Below, piece after piece: positions 11,201 through 26,399 of a stretch of 64,000 nt of DNA (position 1 is the first letter of the stretch; the number at the start of each line of letters is the position of its first letter). Origin of the DNA: Fistulifera solaris. Taxonomy: Eukaryota. The stretch is from contig AP026137.1 of the NCBI GenBank assembly GCA_030295235.1, forward strand, positions 806,001 through 870,000, in the 5' to 3' direction. The notes beneath the pieces are model-generated. The model searched no databases, was not told where the DNA came from, and saw only the letters and a program-made list of their open reading frames with translations. The translations under genes and the position numbers were made by a program.

Positions 11201-11923
11201 TCGAAATTCCCCAATCGCACGATATGAATTGCTTTTGTTGCTGCGGACGACCCACGAAGCTCAGCCAACAACAAAAACAAGCCAACTGCGGAAGCACCGA
11301 TCCATCTGGCACCTCCACAAGCAGTAACAACTCCAATCACCATAAGAAAGAGAATGAAGACGAAAGACACGCAAAAATGACACGGTGCTTTCGCTTCAAA
11401 TCAAATTGCTTCTCCGTAGCGTCAAGTACCGGAGCTACAGGACGAAACATCGTGAGAGGTAGAGTCTCCAAACGAACTGGAAACTCCGTGTTCTTTGCCA
11501 AGAGAACATCGTCACGATGCGTACAACCGTTTGCGTGAAAAGAACGAAGCAAACAGCCGCACGACGACCAAACGACAGCCACATGGTCGAGCAAAAACTC
11601 TTCAGCGCCAGAAGAGCGATTTCTGCGACGGTCCGAGCGCAGAAACGCATCAACACAAGCCCCGCAACGCAAGCAGGCACAAGGATGATGCAAAGAACGG
11701 AAAAGAGCGACAGAACAAGCAAACAGACGCAGGAGAAAACACACACCGACTCCGAAAGCGACTGAACACTTGCGATGCCGCGCAGCATACTTCCAATCTC
11801 CAGAGCAAACTGAATCTCCGCCGGAGCGAAGAAACAGCCAATCCGGCCGACAGGAGACGAAAGGATGCAAGTAAAGAGCACGAAGCTCGCGAAAGTTTTG
11901 TTTGTTTTGATAAAGTTTATCAT
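8236..11923 (-). CDS. Orphan repeat protein copy 2 (26 MEID repeats, ~9 39-aa repeats); frameshifted as assembled
   Basis: ORFs 11435-11923, 9520-11370, 8475-9578 and a C-terminus to 8236. Confidence 0.6.
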
Positions 11924-12419
11924 TTTGTTGCAAGACCTTGTTTCCAAAAGAAAAAAGTGGGCAATATCGAGAAGGCGAGGGGGAGGCCAGCTGCGGACCG
12001 CGGTACATTTTCTACGTAACCTTCACGGCTACTATTTGAAAGAGAAAGTATATTCGATGCGACATGGTACTCTATTCGGACAATGTACGCTGCATACATC
12101 CAGTATATCAACGTACCGGTACCGGATGGACGTTGCTGTGTCCTCGTTTTTCCGTGCTTTTTTTTTTTTTTAAAAAGTCTTGTTGTAATCATTACCAACC
12201 AGGTCTTGCTTATTGCTTCGCTATGGAAAGAAAGATTGTCGATCAACTGCCACTCGACAATAATGATAGCAAACAAACGAATTCTTTTCTCGTCACTTCG
12301 ACGCGGAGCAAAGGATCGACGGAGATTAGGAATCACCTTTTTCGAGATAGATCCCATGTGAGCTCGCAACTCGCCACATCATCGCTTGCAGCACGAAATC
12401 CTTCCTTTTCGTTAGTTCA

Positions 12420-13825
12420 ATGCAGTCAAACGTAGGCTCGATATCAAACAAGTACACTTCCTTTCGGATCCGTAATCTACGGTACAAGAGTGATCAATCT
12501 GATCCTGCAAGGAAAACAACAAGAAATGAAGAAACACCCGTTATAGCACCGGGATCGAAGCCTCACTCCGCCATCGCGGCTCAATTGGAAGAGCGACTCA
12601 AACGAGTTGTTAGCGATCTAAATTTGAGCGATCAGCTTTCGGTAATAGGCATTGCTGTCCTTACGGCTCTCATTTTGACGGCTCCTTATGTTATTCGGCA
12701 AATGAAGAAATCAGGTCGAGAAGATTATTCGGTCACGTCGGAAGATCCGGTGGATGATTTGACCATGGTTGTGAGACGTGCGTGGGACGAGGAAGACGAA
12801 GATGAGTCATCTCGAAAAAGCGCTGTTGAAATAATGCTTAAGGATATTTTGAAATCGCAAGGACTGCAGTAAGCAGCACAGGATTTTCTCATTCGCATTT
12901 TGGAAGCGCCCGAGTTCCAGGCGGCGCTGCAACGTTTGGTAAAAAACGATTTGGGCGGACTTAATTTCGGATAAGGAAACTGTGGCACTAGTGATTCGAC
13001 TGCTGCAAATAGCCATTCAAGATCCGGCTGTGAAGAAAGCGGCTCAACTTCTTGTGCTTCAAATTGTTCAAGATCAGCAAGTCAAAGAGTCGCTCATTGA
13101 GCTCATCAAAAGTTTGGGTGCCGAAAAGGCTGTTCTGGATGCTACTCAGACTCTTCTAACAGAGGCCGCGCATAATGCTTTGAATGATGCGGAAATATTA
13201 GACCATTCGATGGAATTCGCGACGGACATGGTGGGAGACGATGTCGTCCAACGAACGGCTGGTGAGGCTTTGCGCAAATCAGTGGGACACGCTTTTAGAC
13301 CTGCGTCCACGGTTTTGTTGACAGCGGCAGGTATTGGTTTGATGGTATTCGGTGTGGCTACAATTGGCTATGCCAGATCGTCCGACCAAGAAATAGTTTT
13401 GTTGGAAACAGCTGCTCGATCACTACAAAGCAATGCCTCTTATGGGATTATGAGGATCGTCACTTGGCCTTTTCGTGCAGTGCAGGGTATCTGGAGCGAT
13501 ACAGAAATTTATTGTGGAAACCTGTGTGTTGGCTTCAAGATAGTGCCGCTATAATTTCGGAGCAAGCATTATCATTGATTTCAGACTCGTTCGACTACGT
13601 GTCGAGTCTACCAAGTCGGGGAAGTGTGGCGGTGATGCAAGCCTTGTCGCAAGCTGGACAGGCCACTGCTGATGCCGTTGTTACTTTTGTTGATCGATTG
13701 TTTCAAAAGATCGCCTCCTTGGCGTGTTTATACAAAGATGAATTGGTCGCAGCCATCACTCAGTACTTAAGGGCAGCTGTTGATTTCGTAGTGGAGTTCG
13801 CTCAATCCAATGGCCAGGTCGCGAT
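12420..13825 (+). pseudogene. Truncated nonsense copy 2 of the 515-aa protein gene
   Basis: TAA at 12870-12872, an extra 1-bp deletion near 13510, junction at 13825. Confidence 0.9.
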
Positions 13826-14028
13826 TCTATGGATGTTATTTAAGTGCTCAATTGATGCTATAGCGATGTTTTGGTTGCAGTCGCCAGGTACGCCTGTTTT
13901 CTTGTTAGCTTCAGCTGGTACATTTTGCTACGTCACTCTGCACGCCCACTTCTTTTATCTCCATCGCCGTGCATCGTACTCGATGCCATTGCAATTGCAA
14001 GTTCTGCATTCCTTTTATCGTTATCGTA

Positions 14029-15194
14029 ATGCTCTTTTTCCTTCTTCTAGCAGAAAAGGGTGACACGCACGGTCTCACGGTGGACACAGTGTGTGGTCAG
14101 TGTCGGATTTCTTTCCTGTTGATGCTGATGCCGATGCCGATGCCGATGCCCTATCGACGCATCATCAAAGACTATCCGTGTCTGCCAAACAAAGGTTACA
14201 TACTCGCCAATCTCATCTTTTTTTCGGCGGCGGTGGCGGCGGTAGGATCGGATAAAGTCGATGTGTCATCATCAGTCGAGGAAAGCAGATGGGACCGCGT
14301 CCGAAGGGAAGGAGGCATGTTCTCCATACACACAAAACATACGGTGTTTTTGAATCCGTTTGGACTCTGGTACGGTGCGGTGGCTGTCACTCTCGGTATC
14401 CCGTGGTATATTGCCATGACAATCTGTCAAATTTTTTACAAGTTGACCGGAGAACGTTTCGATTGACTACGATGCATTCCGATTTTTTATTACACAAATT
14501 TTTATTACACAAATTTGGGGGACATTGTTGTTCCGATTGACACATTGTTATCGCAAAATGGAAGGTTTGGATATTTAGCGAAAATTCTATAAAGAGTGAG
14601 TATGTTGGCAATAACCGTGCTGGACATTCGCCTTCGCAGTTCGCAGGAGGAGTCTCATAATGTTTTTTCGACGTCACAGGGGTCGATGTGTCATGCTTGT
14701 GGCGAATCACAGCTCATGGATGGACACTTTCTATTTGGGTGCGACCGTCGGCTGGAGAAATTTTAGCCTCATTAGCAAAAATGAAGTGCAGCGCGTCCCC
14801 ATTCTCGGTAAGGCCATCGAGGTTGGCGGCAATATTCTACCTGGTAGTAGATCGACAAGATCGCAAGTCGCAGCTCATGACGTTGAAAAAGGGAATTCAA
14901 TACCAGTACTTACAAGACTTTGTACATTTGTGAAGGTATCCCGAGGGAACACGTGCGCATACAAGAAGAGTCGTGCCCTTTAAAAACGGAGCTTTCAAAA
15001 TGGCGCACAAGGCTGGTGCACCGGTCATCATCCCCATTTCCATCGTAGGCGCCGATAAATCCATGGCAATTCACTGGATGTTCCCTTTCTGACCCGGTCA
15101 CCCCCTATCACGCGTGGTCGTTCATAAACCGATTGAATCCGAAGGAAGGACGGAAGAGGAGCTGGCGGAGGCTGTTTCGCACTGCTATGAATAG
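14029..15194 (+). pseudogene. LPAAT/PlsC pseudogene copy 2
   Basis: Same motifs and stops as copy 1, with an additional TAG near 14577. Confidence 0.85.
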
Positions 15195-16281
15195 CGGATT
15201 GGACGATTACCAAAAGCCACTTGACAAGTGAATCATTGTCCTTGAAAGTACCAGGTACCAGGTACCAGGTATGATCGGGCAAAAGTGAAATGAGGGATAG
15301 TTTCCGGGACTGAAAAGTTGAGTCGTTGGAGAAAAGTAGACAACCGGATTTTTGAAGTCGAAATTCGAAACATGGATTGCAATCGCTACTGCAAGCTGCA
15401 AGTAGTTGACTACTAATGAAAATAAAGTTAGCCTACCAAACTGTACCCAAATGAACGGAGGTTAGTCTAGAGGTATAGCAGTCTACGCCATTTTTCAATG
15501 ATTCATGACTGATGACTGAAACGCAGTCGTGAAAAAGGTAGCGCACACCCTTATGGGTCTCTATATAGAACAGATGAAAGACAATGATTTCGCAAGGAAT
15601 TTCGACGTAAGCAATCGAGTTGTGCATTGCAAATGCTGCAAGGATCATTGTATTAGCACGTCATAAAATACAAACATAGCTTACCAACCCAGCAGAACAA
15701 ACGGAGCTTAGGTAGCAGTGGAACTCGGACCAATCCTGATTCATGACTGAAAAGCAGTCGTGGTTAACATCATTCGTTACGAGTTACGAGGGGGATCGCT
15801 GCAATCTATTTACTCCTATTACTCAGTCTTAGCAACCAGCAAACTAAATAGAATTCTTTTTGAAAACATCCAATCTATTATTGCTAAAAATAGATAGAAC
15901 GCAGATCCCAGAATCAAAAGGAGCACAACTCTTGCACGAGGAGCTAGAAGAAAGAACACTGTCTCACTGCACCAAGCCACCGAGCTACGAGTGATTCAAC
16001 ACATGAATCACACCCGCAGACGGCACATCTGGCGTCTTAACGAGAGACATGGGGCCCTACCTTCATCGCAGCGCGAGAGTTGGCTTGCCACGCCTGGCCA
16101 ATTGATTTGGGTTTAAAAGAGAGAAAACAAAATAGATTTGGACTTGAGAGTGAACGTACCTTGTCACGGTCCCTGCCAGATACTCTGCCGTCGAGTTCAA
16201 AGCAAACCGGGATTCCAGCACCTCCTCGTGACATTCTCTCATCCTCACCTTTTCTGTCCCTTAGATCAATAAATTATTACA

Positions 16282-18990
16282 CTACTTGGGATATCGAACA
16301 TTCTCCTTGCACAGTCGAGCCAAGTACGGGCGCGCGCGGAAGCAAACATTCTCCTTGCACTTCCGCTCCAGAAAGGGACGGGTGCGGAGGCAAGGACCAA
16401 GTGTTTTCTTTCGCTTTCGCATCGCATCCACCTCCATTGAATCCACATCGCAAAAGTGTGGAATGGTATCCACGTCCATTCCACTCGTGATATCAAATCT
16501 CGGCATGGTATCCATCTCCGTTTCACTCAAAAAATCCAATGTCGACATTGCAGAATCCTCCTCTACAAAAAGATCAAGACACAATCGATGACGCTTCGAA
16601 CTCCTCACCGGAGAAGAGGAAGAAACAACATCATCTCCCAAAGCGCGCTTACGCGTCCCACAGCCAAGATCCACCACCACGACGACAGGATCAAGACACA
16701 ATCGACGTCGCTTCGAACTCCTCACCGGAGAAGAGGAAGAAACAACATCAGCTTCCAATGCGCGCTTACGCGGCCCGCGAACAAGATCCACCACCACGAC
16801 GACAGGATCACGACACAATCGACGACGCTTCGAACTCCTCACCGGAGAAGAGGAAGAAACAACATCATCTTCCAATGCGCGCTTACGCGTCCCGCGAACA
16901 AGATCCACCACCACGACGACAGGATCACGACACAATCGACGACGCTTCGAACTCCTCACCTGAGAAGAGGAAGAAACAACATCATCTCCCAAAGCGCGCT
17001 TACGCGTCCCACAGCCAAGATCCACCACCACGACGACAGGATCAAGACACAATCGACGACGCTTCGAACTCCTCACCGGAGAAGAGGAAGAAACAACATC
17101 ATCTCCCAATGCGCGCTTACGCGTCCCACAGCCAAGATCCACCACCACGACGACAGGATCAAGACACAATCGACGACGCTCGAACTCCTCAACGGAGAAG
17201 AGGAAGAAACAACATCATCTCCCAAAGCGCGCTTACGATTCCAACGAGACGGATCATTCAAACCAGCCATCTCATCGATCTCCATAGGAACCTCCATAGG
17301 ATCATACAAACCAGCCCTCTCATCGATCTCCATAGGAACCGGATCATACAAGCCAGCCATCTCATCGATCTCCATAGGAACCTCAATAGGATCATACAAA
17401 CCAGCCATCTCATCGATCTCCATAAAAACCAGATCATCCAAACCAGCCATCTCATCGATCTCCATAGGAACCTCCATAGGATCATACAAACCAGCCATCT
17501 CATCGATCTCCATAGGAACCTCCATAGGATCATACAAACCAGCCATCTCATCGATCTCCATAAAAACCAGATCATCCAAACCAGCCATCTCATCGATCTC
17601 CATAAAAACCGGATCATCCAAACCAGCCATCTCATCGATCTCCATAGGAACAGGATCATTAAAACCAGCCATCTCATCGATCTCCATAGGAACCGGATCA
17701 TCCAAACCAGCCATCTCATCGATCTCCATAAAAACCGGATCATCCAAACCAGCCATCTCATCGATCTCCATAGGAGCAGGATCACGAGCAAGATCCGCAA
17801 AGTACTCGCGAACACTTCGTTGCCCGATCCGTTCGATGAAACGACACGACACCAATTTATCATCGGGCGCAAAATGAACTCGACGACGATCATCACTTTT
17901 CTTTACAATACGCTCCGCAAACAATTTCGTTTTCAATGATTCTAGAGCCGTCGGCTCAATCGACTCCACAACCGGTATCGTCTTCACTGGAGCAGAAGGC
18001 ACTGTCCCGACTACAACGGAATCCTCCACAGCCGGTTGCTGAACACAGCAACGACGATGAGCAAGACCCGAAAAGTATTCACGAACACTTTGTTGCCCGA
18101 TCCGTTCGATGAAACGACACGACACCAAATTTTCATCGGGGGCAAAACGAACGCGAAGAAGACCGCTTTCCTTCAACAAACATCGGAAATGTGCGTTCCA
18201 AACAGCACGCTTGTTTGAGAATTCACACAAAAGACGAATGGGATCGAGACCAATAGAGCTGCATGTCTCGGAATTCCCCAATCGCACGATATGAATTGCT
18301 TTTGTTGCTGCGGACGACCCACGAAGCTCAGCCAACAACAAAAACAAGCCAACTGCGGAAGCACCGATCCATCTGGCACCTCCACAAGCACCAACAGCTC
18401 CAATCACCATAAGAAAGAGAATGAAGACGAAAGACACGCAAAAGTGACACGGTGCTTTCGCTTCAAATCAAATTGCTTCCCCGTAGCGTCAAGTACCGGA
18501 GCTACAGGACGAAACATCGTGAGACGTAGAGTCTCCAAACGAACTGGAAACTCCGTGTTCTTTGCCAAGAGAACATCGTCACGATGCGTACAACCGTTTG
18601 CGTGAAAAGAACGAAGCAAACAGCCGCACGACGACCAAACGACAGCCACATGGTCGAGCAAAAACTCTTCAGCGCCAGAAGAGCGATTTCTGCGACGGTC
18701 CGAGCGCAGAAACGCATCAACACAAGCCCCGCAACGCAAGCAGGCACAAGGATGATGCAAAGAACGGAAAAGAGCGACAGAACAAGCAAACAGACGCAGG
18801 AGAAAACACACACCGACTCCGAAAGCGACTGAACACTTGCGATGCCGCGCAGCATACTTCCAATCTCCAGAGCAAACTGAATCTCCGCCGGAGCGAAGAA
18901 ACAGCCAATCCGGCCGACAGGAGACGAAAGGATGCAAGTAAAGAGCACGAAGCTCGCGAAAGTTTTGTTTGTTTTGATAAAGTTTATCAT
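16282..18990 (-). CDS. Orphan repeat protein copy 3 (12 MEID repeats, ~6 39-aa repeats)
   Basis: ORFs 18502-18990, 17073-18437 and 16282-17169. The last shows the 39-aa repeats running in frame into the C-terminus ...MEVDAMRKRKK...RARPYLARLCKENVRYPK*. Confidence 0.6.
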
Positions 18991-19488
18991 TTTGTTGCAA
19001 GACCTTGTTTCAAAAGAAAAAAGTGGGCAATATCGAGAAGGCGAGGGGGAGGCCAGCTGCGGACCGCGGTACATTTTCTACGTAACCTTCACGACTACTA
19101 TTTGAAAGAGAAAGTATATTCGATGCGACATGGTACTCTATTCGGACAATGTACGCTGCATACATCCAGTATATCAACGTACCGGTACCGGATGGACGTT
19201 GCTGTGTCCTCGTTTTTCCGTGCTTTTTTTTTTTTATAAAAAAAAGTCTTGTTGTAATCATTACCAACCAGGTCTTGCTTATTGCTTCGCTATGGAAAGA
19301 AAGATTGTCGATCAACTGCCACTCGACAATAATGATAGCAAACAAACGAATTCTTTTCTCGTCACTTCGACGCGGAGCAAAGGATCGACGGAGATTAGGA
19401 ATCACCTTTTTCGAGATAGATCCCATGTGAGCTCGCAACTCGCCACATCATCGCTTGCAGCACGAAATCCTTCCTTTTCGTTAGTTCA

Positions 19489-20893
19489 ATGCAGTCAAAC
19501 GTAGGCTCGATATCAAACAAGTACACTTCCTTTCGGATCCGTAATCTACGGTACAAGAGTGATCAATCAGATCCTGCAAGGAAAACAACAAGAAATGAAG
19601 AAACACCCGTTATAGCACCGGGATCGAAGCCTCACTCCGCCATCGCGGCTCAATTGGAAGAGCGACTCAAACGAGTTGTTAGCGATCTAAATTTGAGCGA
19701 TCAGCTTTCGGTAATAGGCATTGCTGTCCTTACGGCTCTCATTTTGACGGCTCCTTATGTTATTCGGCAAATGAAGAAATCAGGTCGAGAAGATTATTCG
19801 GTCACGTCGGAAGATCCGGTGGATGATTTGACCATGGTTGTGAGACGTGCGTGGGACGAGGAAGACGAAGATGAGTCATCTCGAAAAAGCGCTGTTGAAA
19901 TAATGCTTAAGGATATTTTGAAATCGCAAGGACTGCAGTAAGCAGCACAGGATTTTCTCATTCGCATTTTGGAAGCGCCCGAGTTCCAGGCGGCGCTGCA
20001 ACGTTTGGTAAAAACGATTTGGGCGGACTTAATTTCGGATAAGGAAACTGTGGCACTAGTGATTCGACTGCTGCAAATAGCCATTCAAGATCCGGCTGTG
20101 AAGAAAGCGGCTCAACTTCTTGTGCTTCAAATTGTTCAAGATCAGCAAGTCAAAGAGTCGCTCATTGAGCTCATCAAAAGTTTGGGTGCCGAAAAGGCTG
20201 TTCTGGATGCTACTCAGACTCTTCTAACAGAGGCCGCGCATAATGCTTTGAATGATGCGGAAATATTAGACCATTCGATGGAATTCGCGACGGACATGGT
20301 GGGAGACGATGTCGTCCAACGAACGGCTGGTGAGGCTTTGCGCAAATCAGTGGGACACGCTTTTAGACCTGCGTCCACGGTTTTGTTGACAGCGGCAGGT
20401 ATTGGTTTGATGGTATTCGGTGTGGCTACAATTGGCTATGCCAGATCGTCCGACCAAGAAATAGTTTTGTTGGAAACAGCTGCTCGATCACTACAAAGCA
20501 ATGCCTCTTATGGGATTATGAGGATCGTCACTTGGCCTTTTCGTGCAGTGCAGGGTATCTGGAGCGATACAGAAATTTATTGTGGAAACCTGTGTGTTGG
20601 CTTCAAGATAGTGCCGCTATAATTTCGGAGCAAGCATTATCATTGATTTCAGACTCGTTCGACTACGTGTCGAGTCTACCAAGTCGGGGAAGTGTGGCGG
20701 TGATGCAAGCCTTGTCGCAAGCTGGACAGGCCACTGCTGATGCCGTTGTTACTTTTGTTGATCGATTGTTTCAAAAGATCGCCTCCTTGGCGTGTTTATA
20801 CAAAGATGAATTGGTCGCAGCCATCACTCAGTACTTAAGGGCAGCTGTTGATTTCGTAGTGGAGTTCGCTCAATCCAATGGCCAGGTCGCGAT
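19489..20893 (+). pseudogene. Truncated nonsense copy 3 of the 515-aa protein gene
   Basis: TAA at 19939-19941, junction at 20893. Confidence 0.9.
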
Positions 20894-21096
20894 TCTATGG
20901 ATGTTATTTAAGTGCTCAATTGATGCTATAGCGATGTTTTGGTTGCAGTCGCCAGGTACGCCTGTTTTCTTGTTAGCTTCAGCTGGTACATTTTGCTACG
21001 TCACTCTGCACGCCCACTTCTTTTATCTCCATCGCCGTGCATCGTACTCGATGCCATTGCAATTGCAAGTTCTGCATTCCTTTTATCGTTATCGTA

Positions 21097-22262
21097 ATGC
21101 TCTTTTTCCTTCTTCTAGCAGAAAAGGGTGACACGCACGGTCTCACGGTGGACACAGTGTGTGGTCAGTGTCGGATTTCTTTCCTGTTGATGCTGATGCC
21201 GATGCCGATGCCGATGCCCTATCGACGCATCATCAAAGACTATCCGTGTCTGCCAAACAAAGGTTACATACTCGCCAATCTCATCTTTTTTCGGCGGCGG
21301 TGGCGGCGGTAGGATCGGATAAAGTCGATGTGTCATCATCAGTCGAGGAAAGCAGATGGGACCGCGTCCGAAGGGAAGGAGGCATGTTCTCCATACACAC
21401 AAAACATACGGTGTTTTTGAATCCGTTTGGACTCTGGTACGGTGCGGTGGCTGTCACTCTCGGTATCCCGTGGTATATTGCCATGACAATCTGTCAAATT
21501 TTTTACAAGTTGACCGGAGAACGTTTCGATTGACTACGATGCATTCCGATTTTTTTATTACACAAATTTTTATTACACAAATTTGGGGGACATTGTTGTT
21601 CCGATTGACACATTGTTATCGCAAAATGGAAGGTTTGGATATTTAGCGAAAATTCTATAAAGAGTGAGTATGTTGGCAATAACCGTGCTGGACATTCGCC
21701 TTCGCAGTTCGCAGGAGGAGTCTCATAATGTTTTTTCGACGTCACAGGGGTCGATGTGTCATGCTTGTGGCGAATCACAGCTCATGGATGGACACTTTCT
21801 ATTTGGGTGCGACCGTCGGCTGGAGAAATTTTAGCCTCATTAGCAAAAATGAAGTGCAGCGCGTCCCCATTCTCGGTAAGGCCATCGAGGTTGGCGGCAA
21901 TATTCTACCTGGTAGTAGATCGACAAGATCGCAAGTCGCAGCTCATGACGTTGAAAAAGGGAATTCAATACCAGTACTTACAAGACTTTGTACATTTGTG
22001 AAGGTATCCCGAGGGAACACGTGCGCATACAAGAAGAGTCGTGCCCTTTAAAAACGGAGCTTTCAAAATGGCACACAAGGCTGGTGCACCGGTCATCATC
22101 CCCATTTCCATCGTAGGCGCCGATAAATCCATGGCAATTCACTGGATGTTCCCTTTCCGACCCGGTCACCCCCTATCACGCATGGTCGTTCATAAACCGA
22201 TTGAATCCGAAGGAAGGACGGAAGAGGAGCTGGCGGAGGCTGTTTCGCAGTGCTATGAATAG
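21097..22262 (+). pseudogene. LPAAT/PlsC pseudogene copy 3
   Basis: Same motifs. The C-terminal part is open (22041-22262) but the upstream stops and frameshifts remain. Confidence 0.85.
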
Positions 22263-23349
22263 CGGATTGGGCGATTACCAAAAGCCACTTGACAAGTGAA
22301 TCATTGTCCTTGAAAGTACCAGGTACCAGGTACCAGGTATGATCGGGCAAAAGTGAAATGAGGGATAGTTTCCGGGACTGAACAGTTGAGTCGTTGGAGA
22401 AAAGTAGACAACCGGATTTTTGAAGTCGAAATTCGAGACATGGATTGCAATCGCTACTGCAAGCTGCAAGTAGTCGACTACTAATGAAAATGAAGTTAAC
22501 CTACCAAACTGTACCCAAATGAACGGAGGTTAGTCTAGAGGTATAGCAGTCTGCGCCATTTTTCAATGATTCATGACTGATGACTGAAACGCAGTCGTGA
22601 AAAAGGTAGCGCACACCCTTATGGGTCTCTATATAGAATAGATGAAAGACAATGATTTCGCAAGGAATTTCGACGTAAGCAATCGAGTTGTGCATTGCAA
22701 ATGCTGCAAGGATCATTGTATTAGCACGTCATAAAATACAAACATAGCTTACCAACCCAGCAGAACAAACGGAGCTTAGGTAGCAGTGGAACTCGGACCA
22801 ATCCTGATTCATGACTGAAAAGCAGTCGTGGTTAACATCATTCGTTACGAGTTACGAGGGGGATCGCTGCAATCTATTTACTCCTATTACTCAGTCTTAG
22901 CAACCAGCAAACTAAATAGAATTCTTTTTGAAAACATCCAATCTATTATTGCTAAAAATAGATAGAACGCAGATCCCAGAATCAAAAGGAGCACAACTCT
23001 TGCACGAGGAGCTAGAAGAAAGAACACTGTCTCACTGCACCAAGCCACCGAGCTACGAGTGATTCAACACATGAATCACACCCGCAGACGGCACATCTGA
23101 CGTCTTAACGAGAGACATGGGGCCCTACCTTCATCGCAGCGCGAGAGTTGGCTTGCCACGCCTGGCCAATTGATTTGGGTTTAAAAGAGAGAAAACAAAA
23201 TAGATTTGGACTTGAGAGTGAACGTACCTTGTCACGGTCCCTGCCAGATACTCTGCCGTCGAGTTCAAAGCAAACCGGGATTCCAGCACCTCCTCGTGAC
23301 ATTCTCTCATCCTCACCTTTTCTGTCCCTTAGATCAATAAATTATTACA

Positions 23350-26300
23350 CTACTTGGGATATCGAACATTCTCCTTGCACAGTCGAGCCAGAGTACGGGC
23401 GCGCGCGGAAGCAAACATTCTCCTTGCACTTCCGCTCCAGAAAGGGACGGGTGCGGAGGCAAGGACCAAGTGTTTTCTTTCGCTTTCGCATCGCATCCAC
23501 CTCCATTGAATCCACATCGCAAAAGTGTGGAATGGTATCCACGTCCATTCCACTCGTGATATCCAATCTCGGCATGGTATCCATCTCCGTTTCACTCAAA
23601 AAATCCAATGTCGACATTGCAGAATCCTCCTCTACAAAAAGATCAAGACACAATCGATGACGCTTCGAACTCCTCACCGGAGAAGAGGAAGAAACAACAT
23701 CAGCTTCCAATGCGCGCTTACGCGTCTCACGACCAAGATCCACCACCACGACGACAGGATCAAGACACAATCGACGACGCTTCCAATTCGTCACCGGAGA
23801 AGAGGTAGAATCAACATCATCTTTCAAAGCGCGCTTACGCGTCCCGCGAACAAGATCCACCACCACAACGACAGGATCAAGACACAATCGACGACGCTTC
23901 GAACTCCTCACCGGAGAAGAGGAAGAAACAACATCATCTTCCAAAGCGCGCTTACGCGTCCCACAGCCAAGATCCACCACCACGACGACAGGATCACGAC
24001 ACAATCGACGACGCTTCCAATTCGTCACCGGAGAAGAGGTAGAATCAACATCATCTTCCAATGCGCGCTTACGCGGCCCGCGAACAAGATCCAACACCAC
24101 GACGACAGGATCACGACACAATCGACGACGCTCGAACTCCTCACCGGAGAAGAGGAAGAAACAACATCATCTTCCAATGCGCGCTTACGCCGTCCCACAG
24201 CCAAGATCCACCACCACGACGACAGGATCACGACACGATCGACGACGCTTCGAACTCCTCACCGGAGAAGAGGAAGAAACAATATCATCTCCCAAAGCGC
24301 GCTTACGCGTCCCACAGCCAAGATCCACCACCACGACGACAGGATCAAGACACAATCGACGTCGCTTCGAACTCCTCACCGGAGAAGAGGAAGAAACAAC
24401 ATCATCTCCCAAAGCGCGCTTACGATTCCAACGAGACGGATCATCCAAACCAGCCATCTCATCTATCTCCATAGGAACCGGATCATTCAAACCAGCCATC
24501 TCATCGATCTCCATAAAAACCGGATCATCCAAACCAGCCATCTCATCGATCTCCATAGGAACCGGATCATACGAACCAGCCATCTCATCGATCTCCATAG
24601 GAACCTCCATAGGATCATACAAAAAAGCCATCTCATCGATCTCCATAGGAATAGGATCATACAAACCAGCCATCTCATCGATCTCCATAGGAACCTCCAT
24701 AGGATCATACAAACCAGCCATCTCATCGATCTCCATAGGAACCTCCATAGGATCATACAAACCAGCCGCCTCATCGATCTCCATAGGAACCTCTATAGGA
24801 TCATACAAACCAGCCATCTCATCGATCTCCATAAAAACCAGATCATCCAAACCAGCCATCTCATCGATCTCCATAGGAACCTCCATAGGATCATACAAAC
24901 CACCCATCTCATCGATATCCATATGAACCTCGATAGGATCATACAAACCAGCCATCTCATCGATCTCCATAGGAACCGGATCATCCAAACCAGGCATCTC
25001 ATCGATCTCTATAGGAACAGGATCATCCAAACCAGCCATCTCATCGATCTCCATAGGAACAGGATCATTAAAACCAGCCATCTCATCGATCTCCATAGGA
25101 ACCGGATCATCCAAACCAGGCATCTCATCGATCTCTATAGGAACAGGATCATCCAAACCAGCCATCTCATCGATCTCCATAGGAGCAGGATCACGAGCAA
25201 GATCCGCAAAGTACTCGCGAACACTTCGTTGCCCGATCCGTTCGATGAAACGACACGACACCAATTTATCATCGGGCGCAAAATGAACTCGACGACGATC
25301 ATCACTTTTCTTTACAATACGCTCCGCAAACAATTTCGTTTTCAATGATTCTAGAGCCGTCGGCTCAATCGACTCCACAACCGGTATCGTCTTCACTGGA
25401 GCAGAAGGCAATGTCCCGACTACAACGGAATCCTCCACAGCCGGTTGCTGAACACAGCAACGACGATGAGCAAGACCCGAAAAGTATTCGCGAACACTTT
25501 GTTGCCCGATCCGTTCGATGAAACGACACGACACCAAATTTTCATCGGGGGCAAAACGAACGCGAAGAAGACCGCTTTCCTTCAACAAACATCGGAAATG
25601 TGCGTTCCAAACAGCACGCTTGTTTGAGAATTCACACAAAAGACGAATGGGATCGAGACCAATAGAGCTGCATGTCTCGGAATTCCCCAATCGCACGATA
25701 TGAATTGCTTTTGTTGCTGCGGACGACCCACGAAGCTCAGCCAACAACAAAAACAAGCCAACTGCGGAAGCACCGATCCATCTGGCACCTCCACAAGCAC
25801 CAACAGCTCCAATCACCATAAGAAAGAGAATGAAGACGAAAGACACGCAAAAGTGACACGGTGCTTTCGCTTCAAATCAAATTGCTTCCCCGTAGCGTCA
25901 AGTACCGGAGCTACAGGACGAAACATCGTGAGACGTAGAGTCTCCAAACGAACTGGAAACTCCGTGTTCTTTGCCAAGAGAACATCGTCACGATGCGTAC
26001 AACCGTTTGCGTGAAAAGAACGAAGCAAACAGCCGCACGACGACCAAACGACAGCCACATGGTCGAGCAAAAACTCTTCAGCGCCAGAAGAGCGATTTCT
26101 GCGACGGTCCGAGCGCAGAAACGCATCAACACAAGCCCCGCAACGCAAGCAGGCACAAGGATGATGCAAAGAACGGAAAAGAGCGACAGAACAAGCAAAC
26201 AGACGCAGGAGAAAACACACACCGACTCCGAAAGCGACTGAACACTTGCGATGCCGCGCAGCATACTTCCAATCTCCAGAGCAAACTGAATCTCCGCCGG

Positions 26301-26399
26301 AGCGAAGAAACAGCCAATCCGGCCGACAGGAGACGAAAGGATGCAAGTAAAGAGCACGAAGCTCGCGAAAGTTTTGTTTGTTTTGATAAAGTTTATCAT
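23350..26399 (-). CDS. Orphan repeat protein copy 4 (17 MEID-type repeats, ~7 39-aa repeats)
   Basis: ORFs 25911-26399, 24185-25846 and 23345-24121. This is the most diverged MEID array (IEIDE and MDIDE variants). Confidence 0.6.
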